Source: an uncultured Clostridia bacterium | Lineage (GTDB): Bacteria > Bacillota > Clostridia > TANB77 > CAG-508 | DNA: 64,000 nt | Direction of reading: 5' to 3' | NCBI GenBank assembly: GCA_946415375.1 | Contig: CAMKSF010000002.1 | Location: 32,538 to 96,537 of the forward strand | Shown: positions 20,956-28,311 of the stretch, one piece after another | Layout of the letters: every line of letters begins with the position of its first letter | How positions within the stretch are numbered: position 1 is the stretch's first letter | Position numbers and translations under genes: made by a program | Notes under the pieces: generated by a model | Seen by the model: the letters and a program-made list of their open reading frames with translations, nothing else | Told to the model about the DNA's origin: nothing | Database searches by the model: none

Positions 20956-21810
20956 ATGTATGATGTAATTGTTATTGGAGCAGGACCTGCAGGAATATCT
21001 GCAAGTTTATATGCAAAACGTGCTAATTTAAATGTACTAGTTATATACCACGGAGAATCTAATCTTGAAAAAGCAACTAAAATTGACAACTATTATGGAT
21101 TCAGAGATGGAATTAGTGGAGAAGAACTATATAATAATGGAATAGAACAAGCAAGAGAACTGGGGGTAGATGTTAAAGAACTTGAAGTTATAGGAATAGA
21201 AAACTTAGGTGAAGGATTTAAAGTAAAAACAGAAAAAGAAAACTATGAATCTAAATCTGTAATCATAGCAACAGGAAATAGAAAAGTAAAGCCTAATATT
21301 AAGGGAATAGAAGAGTTTGACGGAAGAGGGATAAGCTATTGTGCAATTTGTGATGCATTTTTTTATAGAAATAAAAACATAGTAGTTATTGGAAATGGAA
21401 AATTTGCAGTAAATGAAGCAACAGAGTTATCTCATGTTGCAAACAAAGTTACAATTCTTACTAATGGACTAGAAAATCCAAAGTGTGATTTTGAGGTAGA
21501 TACCAATAAGATAAGAGAAATAAAAGGTGAAGAAAAAGTATCTGAAATAGAGTTTGAAAATGGTAGCACATTAGCAGTAGATGGAGTCTTTATTGCACTT
21601 GGAGAAGCAGGGGCAGGAGACTTTGCAAAAACATTAGGCATAATTCAAAATGGTGATAATATTGAAACAAATGAAAAAATGGAAACAAATGTAGAAGGAA
21701 TTTATGCATGTGGAAATGTTACAGGAGGATTATTACAAGTATGCAAGGCTGTATATGAAGGAGCTGAAGCAGGCCTTTCAGCAGTAAACTATATAAGAAA
21801 CAAAAAGTAG
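20956..21810 (+). CDS. trxB: Thioredoxin-disulfide reductase (short form)
   Basis: GAGPAG FAD motif, CAIC redox centre, second Rossmann GNGKFAVNEA, 284 aa, immediately upstream of trxA. Confidence 0.85.
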   Translation: MYDVIVIGAGPAGISASLYAKRANLNVLVIYHGESNLEKATKIDNYYGFRDGISGEELYNNGIEQARELGVDVKELEVIGIENLGEGFKVKTEKENYESKSVIIATGNRKVKPNIKGIEEFDGRGISYCAICDAFFYRNKNIVVIGNGKFAVNEATELSHVANKVTILTNGLENPKCDFEVDTNKIREIKGEEKVSEIEFENGSTLAVDGVFIALGEAGAGDFAKTLGIIQNGDNIETNEKMETNVEGIYACGNVTGGLLQVCKAVYEGAEAGLSAVNYIRNKK

Positions 21811-21834
21811 AACAAATAATAAGGAGGAGTTAAT

Positions 21835-22140
21835 ATGGTTAATGTTTTTAATGAAGAAAACTTTGAAGAAGAAGTGTTAAAGTCTGATAAGACAACAATA
21901 GTTGATTTTTACGCGGATTGGTGTGGCCCTTGTAAAATGATGTCACCAATAATTGATAATATTGCAGAAGAAAATTCAAACAGTATAAAAGTTGGAAAAG
22001 TTAATGTTGATGAAAACCAAGATTTAGCAATGAAATATAATGTTATGAGCATACCAACAGTTTTAATTTTTAAAAATGGAAATATTTCGAAAACATTTAT
22101 TGGTGTAACTTCAAAACAAGAGATAACTGATGCTTTATAG
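21835..22140 (+). CDS. trxA: Thioredoxin
   Basis: WCGPC active site, 101 aa. Confidence 0.9.
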   Translation: MVNVFNEENFEEEVLKSDKTTIVDFYADWCGPCKMMSPIIDNIAEENSNSIKVGKVNVDENQDLAMKYNVMSIPTVLIFKNGNISKTFIGVTSKQEITDAL

Positions 22141-22151
22141 TATTTTAATAA

Positions 22152-22187
22152 ACAAAAAAATAAACCTGCCGTTTGGCAGGTTTTTAA
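22152..22187. terminator. Bidirectional terminator between trxA and the M23 peptidase gene
   Basis: AAACCTGCC-gttt-GGCAGGTTT flanked by an A-run and a T-run. Confidence 0.6.
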
Positions 22188-23191
22188 TAAAGGTAGTTTT
22201 GAGGATTATATGCTACTCCATTAACTCTAACCTCTAAGTGAAGATGGTTCCCTGTAGAGTTACCAGTTGAACCAACTGCTGCTATTACAGTGCCTTGTGA
22301 TACATATGTACCAACAGAGGCTTTTAAACTACTACAATGTGCATAATAAGTCATTACACCCTTTCCATGATCTATTGCAATCATATTCCCATAAGCACCC
22401 TTATATCCAGCAAATACAACTCTTCCAGCTGCTGCAGCTTTAATTCTTGTACCATAAGGAGCTGAGATATCAAGTCCTGTGTGTGCACCTGATCTTATTC
22501 TGCTCATTGCTCCAAACCTTGACGAAATTCTACCAGATATTGGTCTTGAAAGAGAAATACCTAAATTTATTTTAGATGAAGACATATGTCGTCCTGTTGC
22601 AACACTTCCACGAGAAGAATAACTTGAACTAGATGCAACTCTAACAATTGGTTTTCTTTCATATAGCTTAGAAACAGCTTTATCTACATTTGTAAATTTT
22701 TTTAATTTTGTTTCATATTTTTCAATAATAGATAAATCTTTTATATTGTTACTTTCTTTATTCTTTAATTCTTTTATTACTTTTTCTGCTTTTTCAAAAG
22801 TTGATACATATACTTTTTCGTCATCATCATCTACTATTGCATAGTATTTATAATAAGAAACTCCATCTTTTACTATTTCTTTAAATATTTCATCATCATT
22901 TGTTGTGATGCCTCTTTTAAGTAAACACATTTTATATGATGGCATATTATCAATTGAAATGAAAGCGAGATTTTTATTATAGGTGGATTCATCACCATTT
23001 TCCATATAATCATTAATTCTATTTTGAAGTTTTACTTTATCTTTACAGTAACCAATATGCTCTCCATTTAAAGTAACGCTATATATTGGCTTAAATACAA
23101 TTGCAAAAATACTAATTATAATTAATATAGCTGTAGACAATAGAAGAAAAAGCTTTAAAAGTGAACGTATTCTAATAAATAGTTTTTTCAT
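22184..23191 (-). CDS. M23 family metallopeptidase, membrane anchored
   Basis: HTGLDISAPYGT and GNHLHLEVRVNG (HxxxD / HxH M23 motifs), with an N-terminal TM helix. Confidence 0.85.
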   Translation of the reverse strand: MKKLFIRIRSLLKLFLLLSTAILIIISIFAIVFKPIYSVTLNGEHIGYCKDKVKLQNRINDYMENGDESTYNKNLAFISIDNMPSYKMCLLKRGITTNDDEIFKEIVKDGVSYYKYYAIVDDDDEKVYVSTFEKAEKVIKELKNKESNNIKDLSIIEKYETKLKKFTNVDKAVSKLYERKPIVRVASSSSYSSRGSVATGRHMSSSKINLGISLSRPISGRISSRFGAMSRIRSGAHTGLDISAPYGTRIKAAAAGRVVFAGYKGAYGNMIAIDHGKGVMTYYAHCSSLKASVGTYVSQGTVIAAVGSTGNSTGNHLHLEVRVNGVAYNPQNYLY

Positions 23192-23329
23192 ATATCTATT
23201 TCCTTTGTTACATTTTTATTAAATTTATTTTACAATATTGTTACATTTTTTTCAATAGTTTTTTTTAAAAACACATTAAACCATTGAAACAGTAAAAGAG
23301 AAATTTTTTTTATATAAAAAAAATACATA

Positions 23330-23387
23330 TTGACAATTGAGTATATATTCAACTATAATATGATTAGTTGAATGCAAACTCAACTAA
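23330..23387 (+). promoter_or_regulatory. Promoter with overlapping ArsR/CadC-type operator repeats
   Basis: TTGACA-18-TATAAT. Near-palindrome TTGAGTATATATTCAA (23337-23352) lies between -35 and -10. Second inverted repeat TTAGTTGA-N8-TCAACTAA at 23364-23387. Confidence 0.5.
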
Positions 23388-23407
23388 TTAAAAAAAGAGG
23401 TGAAACA

Positions 23408-23770
23408 ATGTCGAAAAATGAATTTATATGTGATTGCAATATTATTCATAAAGACAAAGTAGAAGATACTTTGAAGCAGATGGGTGATGAAGATTTATTA
23501 AATAAATTAGCTGAATTTTTTAAAATATTAGGTGATACTACAAGAGCAAAAATTCTATTTGCTTTAGATAAGAATGAGCTTTGTGTTTGTGACATTGCAA
23601 ATGTGCTAGGAATGAGTAAATCATCAATTTCGCATCAACTTGGAACACTTAGAAGAAGTGGAATAGTAAGATGTAAAAAAATTGGAAAAGAAGTGTTTTA
23701 TATGATAGATGATGAACATGTTAGACAGGTTTTTGAAGTTGGAATTGAACATATAGAACATAAAAGATAG
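23408..23770 (+). CDS. cadC: ArsR/SmtB family metal-sensing repressor (CadC-like)
   Basis: ELCVCDIANVLGMSKSSISHQLGTLRRSG HTH with the CVC metal site. ATG 23408 follows GAGGTG; the ORF opens at 23372. Confidence 0.8.
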   Translation: MSKNEFICDCNIIHKDKVEDTLKQMGDEDLLNKLAEFFKILGDTTRAKILFALDKNELCVCDIANVLGMSKSSISHQLGTLRRSGIVRCKKIGKEVFYMIDDEHVRQVFEVGIEHIEHKR

Positions 23771-23786
23771 AAAGAAGGAAAGAATT

Positions 23787-25628
23787 ATGAAAAAGGAATT
23801 ATATAAAATAATTGTATCTGCATTATTATTTGTGATTGCATTAATTATACCGTTTCAAAATATATGGATTAACAGAGGAATATATTTATTAAGCTATATT
23901 TTAATAGGATATGAAATAATTATTAAAGCAGTAAAAAATATAATAAAAGGGGAAGTTTTTGATGAGAATTTTTTAATGAGTATTGCGACAATTGGGGCTT
24001 TTACGATTGGAGAATTTCCTGAGGCTGTTGCTGTCATGCTATTTTATCAAATAGGGGAATTGTTTCAGGACTATGCAGTTGATAAGTCAAGAGATTCAAT
24101 TTCAAGTTTAATGAATCTAAGGCCTGAATTTGCAAATGTTTTAAGGAATAATGCCATTGAGAAAATAAAACCTGATGAAGTAAGTATTGGGGAGATAATA
24201 ATTGTAAAACCAGGTGAGAAGATTGCTTTAGATGGAATCATACAGGAAGGGTCATCTTTTATTGATACAAAAGCATTAACTGGAGAGCCAACACCCAAGA
24301 AAGTTAATGCATATGATGAGGTATTAAGTGGATGTATTAATTTAGATGGGATTTTAAAAATAAAGACGACAAAAAAATATGAGAACTCAACTGTTTATAA
24401 GATTTTAGAATTAGTAGAAAATGCAAGTAGTAAAAAGTCAAAATCAGAAAAATTCATTACAAAATTTGCTAAATACTATACTCCTATTGTAGTAATAATT
24501 GCTGTATTATTAGCAATTATTCCGCCTTTATTTGTTAAAGATACAACATTTGTGGATTGGTTATATAGAGCTTTATCGTTTTTAGTAGTATCATGCCCAT
24601 GTGCTTTAGTCATTTCAATTCCGTTAAGCTTCTTTGGAGGAATAGGAGGGGCATCAAAGAATGGAATTTTAATAAAGGGAAGCAATTATTTAGAGGCTCT
24701 ATCAAGTTTAGAAACAATTGTATTTGATAAAACAGGAACATTAACAGAAGGGGTATTTGATGTACAAAAAATAGAGCCTTTGGGAATAAGCGAAGAGGAA
24801 CTTCTTGAAATTGCAGCTTATGCAGAATGGTATTCTAACCATCCAATAGCAAAATCTATAAAAAACAAATATAATAAAAGTGCTGAGGAAGTACGAATAA
24901 AAGATGTTAAGGAGATATTAGGAAAAGGAATAAGTGCTAATATAGATGAGAAAAATGTTCTAATTGGAAATGAAAAACTAATGAAGGAATTTAATATAAA
25001 ACATGAAAAAAGTAAGGATATAGGTACTGTTTTATATATTGCCATAGATGGCAATCTTTCAGGTACAATTCTAATTTCAGATAAGATAAAAGATGATTCG
25101 GTAAGGTGTATTAGATTAATAAAAGAATCTGGAATTGAAAATACTATTATGCTTACAGGTGATAAAAAAGAGATTGCAGAACATATTTCTAGTGAACTTG
25201 GAATAGATGTCTGCCATTCAGAACTTTTACCAAATGGTAAAGTTGAAAAGATGGAGGAGATGTTAAAGAAAAAAAATTCAAATAAAAAAGTTGCATTTGT
25301 AGGAGATGGGATTAATGATGCACCTGTTTTAGCTCTAGCAGATATAGGTGTTGCTATGGGAGGACTTGGATCTGATAGTGCAATTGAGGCAGCAGATATT
25401 GTAATCATGACAGATGAGCCATCAAAAATAAGTACAGCAATAAAAATATCTAAAAAGACAATGAGAATAGTAAGGGAAAACATAGTGTTTGCAATTTCAG
25501 TTAAAATTCTAGTTTTAATACTTAGTGCTTTGGGAATTGCAACAATGTGGGGAGCAGTATTTGCAGATGTTGGAGTTTCAATTATAGCTATTTTAAATTC
25601 TCTTAGGATGTTAAATAAAAAGATATAA
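23787..25628 (+). CDS. cadA: Heavy-metal (Cd/Zn-type) translocating P1B-type ATPase lacking an N-terminal metal-binding domain
   Basis: SCPCALVIS (CPC), DKTGTLT, MLTGDK and GDGINDAP motifs, 613 aa. Confidence 0.88.
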   Translation: MKKELYKIIVSALLFVIALIIPFQNIWINRGIYLLSYILIGYEIIIKAVKNIIKGEVFDENFLMSIATIGAFTIGEFPEAVAVMLFYQIGELFQDYAVDKSRDSISSLMNLRPEFANVLRNNAIEKIKPDEVSIGEIIIVKPGEKIALDGIIQEGSSFIDTKALTGEPTPKKVNAYDEVLSGCINLDGILKIKTTKKYENSTVYKILELVENASSKKSKSEKFITKFAKYYTPIVVIIAVLLAIIPPLFVKDTTFVDWLYRALSFLVVSCPCALVISIPLSFFGGIGGASKNGILIKGSNYLEALSSLETIVFDKTGTLTEGVFDVQKIEPLGISEEELLEIAAYAEWYSNHPIAKSIKNKYNKSAEEVRIKDVKEILGKGISANIDEKNVLIGNEKLMKEFNIKHEKSKDIGTVLYIAIDGNLSGTILISDKIKDDSVRCIRLIKESGIENTIMLTGDKKEIAEHISSELGIDVCHSELLPNGKVEKMEEMLKKKNSNKKVAFVGDGINDAPVLALADIGVAMGGLGSDSAIEAADIVIMTDEPSKISTAIKISKKTMRIVRENIVFAISVKILVLILSALGIATMWGAVFADVGVSIIAILNSLRMLNKKI

Positions 25629-25663
25629 AAAATGAAGAAAAACGAGAAAAGTTGTAAAAAAAA

Positions 25664-25692
25664 TTGACGATTCAAAAAAAATATGCTATAAT
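25664..25692 (+). promoter_or_regulatory. Near-consensus sigma-A promoter for tRNA-like gene 1
   Basis: TTGACG-17 nt-TATAAT. Confidence 0.6.
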
Positions 25693-25720
25693 CAATATGT
25701 TATTCAAATAGAATAGCGCA

Positions 25721-25795
25721 TGGGGTGTAGCTTAAGCCTGGTAGAGCATCTGGACTAAATCCAGAAGATTTGAGGTTCAAATCCTCTCACCCCCA
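25721..25795 (+). tRNA. tRNA-like gene 1, non-canonical anticodon arm (isotype undetermined)
   Basis: TGGGGTG TA GCTT AAGCCTGGTA GAGC A TCTGG ACTAAAT CCAGA AGATT TGAGG TTCAAAT CCTCT CACCCCC A. The loop has C at position 33, or forms a 5-nt loop on a 6-bp stem. Positions 1-72 and 49-65 are mismatched. Confidence 0.5.
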
Positions 25796-25798
25796 TTT

Positions 25799-25825
25799 GA
25801 GAGCCATTAGTTTGGCTCTTTTTTG
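25799..25825 (+). terminator. Rho-independent terminator after tRNA-like gene 1
   Basis: GAGAGCCA-ttagtt-TGGCTCTT followed by TTTTTG. Confidence 0.6.
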
Positions 25826-25862
25826 TGTAAAAAATAATTTGAGTAAAAAAACTAAAAAAATG

Positions 25863-25891
25863 TTGACAAGTTATGTAAAATAGTGTATAAT
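25863..25891 (+). promoter_or_regulatory. Consensus sigma-A promoter for tRNA-like genes 2 and 3
   Basis: TTGACA-17 nt-TATAAT with TG extension. Confidence 0.6.
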
Positions 25892-25919
25892 AAATTTGTT
25901 TTAAGATATTAAAACTTTT

Positions 25920-25995
25920 GCAATGGTACCCGAAAGATGGTAAGGGGACTAATTATTTTATTAGTTTGATGTGGGTTCGAATCCCACCCATTGCG
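25920..25995 (+). tRNA. tRNA-like gene 2 with apparent 8-nt anticodon loop (isotype undetermined)
   Basis: GCAATGG TA CCCG AAAGATGGTA AGGG G ACTAA TTATTTTA TTAGT TTGAT GTGGG TTCGAAT CCCAC CCATTGC G. Perfect acceptor and T arms. The loop is 8 nt, or 6 nt if the extra U-A pair forms. Confidence 0.5.
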
Positions 25996-26022
25996 CTCTT
26001 GGAGATTTGTTTCTTCAAGTAA

Positions 26023-26096
26023 GGCCCGCTAGTCCAATTGGTTGGATTGCCAGACTGTTACTCTGGAGGGTGTCGGTTCGAGTCCGGCGCGGGTCG
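26023..26096 (+). tRNA. tRNA-Asn (GUU) with one extra nucleotide between D and anticodon stems
   Basis: GGCCCGC TA GTCC AATTGGTT GGAT TG CCAGA CTGTTAC TCTGG AGGGT GTCGG TTCGAGT CCGGC GCGGGTC G. Discriminator G fits Asn. Confidence 0.65.
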
Positions 26097-26101
26097 CTCA
26101 T

Positions 26102-26130
26102 GAGTCATAGTATATATGGCTCTTTTTTTT
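26102..26130 (+). terminator. Rho-independent terminator after tRNA-like genes 2-3
   Basis: GAGTCAT-agtatat-ATGGCTC followed by T8. Confidence 0.6.
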
Positions 26131-26234
26131 ATTCAATTTAGATATGAGTTACTTGTGTTTTTATGAATTTAGTATTATTATATTAGTATACAAAAATAAA
26201 AGTGAGTGATGATTTTGAAAAGGGGAGGTAAGTG

Positions 26235-27113
26235 ATGAGTATTGAAATAGTCAGATTTAAAGCAAAAGATGAAATATATTTGGATGGTATTTTGAATAAG
26301 TGTGAAGAAAAAACAAATAAAATATTAATACAAATTCATGGAATGACAAGTAATTGTTTTAAAAAAAGAGATAGGGTTATTGCAAAAACAATAAAAGAAA
26401 TAGGAATAGATACACTAGTATTTAACAATAGAGGAAGTGATGTAGTTAGATATATTAAAAATGACAATGTGACATTACTTGGTGGAATGGCATATGAAAA
26501 AGTTGAAGATTGCTATTTTGATATAGTTGGAGCGATAGAATTTGTAAGAGAATTAGGGTACAATGAAATATATTTACAAGGACATAGTTTAGGTTCAACG
26601 AAAGTGGTATACACGTATAATAAATTGAAGCAGGAAAATAGTGAATTATTAAATAATATAAAAGGAGTCGTATTGCTTTCCCTAGTTGATATTGCTGGAT
26701 TAATAAAAAGTGAAGCAGAAGATGATTATATAAAGTTGGCAGAAGAAAAAGCAAATAAAGGAGAACTAATGGATTTAATGCCATTTAAGTGTTTTATTCA
26801 TCCAATCTCTGTAAAGAGCTTTTTACAATATACTAAACACAATGAGTCTTTTGATTTTGCAAGATATGGAAACAAAGATGATGAGTTTGAAGTTTTAAAT
26901 AGAATAGAATGTCCTATTTTTATGAGATGGGGAAATGTGAATGAACTTATAAAGCAAGAAGCAAGTGATTTAGCTGATTTTATGAATGAAAAAATAAAAA
27001 ATCTAAATAAAAATATAGGATATATAGATGGAGCAGATCACAGCTATCATGGAAAAGAAGAACAACTTGCAAAAGAAATAAAAGATTTTTTAGGAGAGAT
27101 AAAAAATGGATAA
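26235..27113 (+). CDS. Alpha/beta hydrolase fold protein
   Basis: Nucleophile elbow GHSLGS in LQGHSLGSTK. ATG 26235 is 6 nt after GGGGAGG. Confidence 0.7.
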   Translation: MSIEIVRFKAKDEIYLDGILNKCEEKTNKILIQIHGMTSNCFKKRDRVIAKTIKEIGIDTLVFNNRGSDVVRYIKNDNVTLLGGMAYEKVEDCYFDIVGAIEFVRELGYNEIYLQGHSLGSTKVVYTYNKLKQENSELLNNIKGVVLLSLVDIAGLIKSEAEDDYIKLAEEKANKGELMDLMPFKCFIHPISVKSFLQYTKHNESFDFARYGNKDDEFEVLNRIECPIFMRWGNVNELIKQEASDLADFMNEKIKNLNKNIGYIDGADHSYHGKEEQLAKEIKDFLGEIKNG

Positions 27114-27507
27114 AAAAGAATTAATAAGAACAATAAAATTTACATTGTTTTCTATATCAGCTGGAATAATAGAGATTGTATTATTTACACTATTAGATAA
27201 ATTTACAGGGTGGGCTTATTGGCCTAAATATTTAATTGCATTAATTGCTTCTGTTATTTGGAACTTTACATTAAACAGAGAATATACATTTAAGTCAGCC
27301 AATAACGTACCAATAGCAATGATAAAAGTTGCAATTTTCTATGCAATATTTACACCTGTTTCAACAATAGCAGGAAATTACCTAGCAGAAAACTTAGGCT
27401 GGAACGATATATTAGTTACACTTTTGAATATGGCATGTAATTTCATTTTAGAATACTTATATGACAAATATGTTGTATTTAGAGGGAGTATAGATACAAA
27501 GAAATAG
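27106..27507 (+). CDS. GtrA-family membrane protein
   Basis: 133 aa with 4 hydrophobic helices. FTLFSISAGIIE...WNFTLNREYTFK is typical of GtrA-like proteins. 8-nt overlap with the upstream gene. Confidence 0.7.
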   Translation: MDKKELIRTIKFTLFSISAGIIEIVLFTLLDKFTGWAYWPKYLIALIASVIWNFTLNREYTFKSANNVPIAMIKVAIFYAIFTPVSTIAGNYLAENLGWNDILVTLLNMACNFILEYLYDKYVVFRGSIDTKK

Positions 27508-27512
27508 AATAT

Positions 27513-27548
27513 AATACAGAATATCTTAGAAATATTCTGTATTTTTTA
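27513..27548 (+). terminator. Rho-independent terminator
   Basis: 12-bp stem AATACAGAATAT / ATATTCTGTATT followed by a T-run. Confidence 0.65.
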
Positions 27549-27555
27549 TAATTTA

Positions 27556-27584
27556 TTGATTTTAAGATAAAATTGTGATAAAAT
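27556..27584 (+). promoter_or_regulatory. Promoter of the toxin-antitoxin operon
   Basis: TTGATT-17 nt-TAAAAT with TG extension. Confidence 0.45.
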
Positions 27585-27616
27585 GATGATAATAAATATT
27601 AAGGAGAATGTGAATT

Positions 27617-27928
27617 ATGATTAATATTAGACCAGTATCAGATTTAAGAAATAAATATCCAGAAATAGAAGATTTAGTTTTAAGAGAGGATGAAGCTGTA
27701 TACTTAACTAAAAATGGTTATGGCTCAATGGTAGTTTTGAGTTTAGAAAAGTATTCAGAAATGCTAAAAGCTTTAGATGAGGAAAAGCTTTTAGAAGTGC
27801 AATTTGGAGTAAATGATATTGACAAAGCTTTAGAAGAAGCAGAGAATGAATCTAATAATCCTAATACAAAATATTATTCTCATGAAGAAATGAAGCAAAT
27901 GGCAAGGAGGATAATTGATGGCAAATAA
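27617..27928 (+). CDS. Phd/YefM-family antitoxin
   Basis: MINIRPVSDLRNKYPEIEDLV...VYLTKNGYGSMVVLSLEKY is the typical Phd/YefM N-terminal fold signature. Overlaps the toxin gene by 14 nt. Confidence 0.8.
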   Translation: MINIRPVSDLRNKYPEIEDLVLREDEAVYLTKNGYGSMVVLSLEKYSEMLKALDEEKLLEVQFGVNDIDKALEEAENESNNPNTKYYSHEEMKQMARRIIDGK

Positions 27929-28232
27929 AAAGTATGAAATAAGATATCTTCCGACATTTATTTCACAATTTAATAATATTTTGTACTATATTACATATGA
28001 ACTTAAAAATAAAATAGCAGCAGATAACTTCTATAATGAAGTAGTAAAGCAAATTGAAAAAAGGAGTAATGCTCCAGAGTCATATGAAGTTTTTAAAACT
28101 TTTAATGGTGGTAAAATAAAGTATTATAAGATAAATGTTAAGAAATTTACAATCTTTTATATTGTAAAAGGTAAGGTAATGGAAGTAAGAAGGATATATT
28201 ATAGCAAAAGTAATTTTGAAAATTTTATATAG
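27915..28232 (+). CDS. RelE/ParE-superfamily toxin
   Basis: 105 aa, basic, translationally coupled to the Phd-like gene. The call rests on size and operon context. Confidence 0.65.
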   Translation: MMANKKYEIRYLPTFISQFNNILYYITYELKNKIAADNFYNEVVKQIEKRSNAPESYEVFKTFNGGKIKYYKINVKKFTIFYIVKGKVMEVRRIYYSKSNFENFI

Positions 28233-28248
28233 AAAAGCCATACTTTAA

Positions 28249-28277
28249 TTGAAAAAATAGCATAAATATGATATAAT
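28249..28277 (+). promoter_or_regulatory. Sigma-A promoter for the ABC transporter gene
   Basis: TTGAAA-17 nt-TATAAT. Confidence 0.5.
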
Positions 28278-28311
28278 ACTATTTGTTTATTATGAAATGA
28301 AAGGAAGCAGT

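Noticed and set aside
24818-25675. Long antisense ORFs inside real genes: 285 aa opposite the P-type ATPase, plus 30384-30944, 60294-60830, 17512-17967, 7199-7630 and 16108-16491
   Set aside because: These are typical shadow ORFs of an AT-rich genome. Products are Ser/Phe/Ile-rich with no motifs, and there are no RBSs. The sense-strand genes carry unambiguous conserved domains.
25751-25765. tRNA-like gene 1 as tRNA-Pyl or tRNA-Sec (GGACT..AAATCC resembles the CUCUAAA / CUUCAAA loops)
   Set aside because: The loop is two nucleotides too short to contain CUA or UCA in register. The D and T loops are canonical (GG, TTC), the variable arm is short, and the genes in the window terminate normally on TAA, TAG and TGA.
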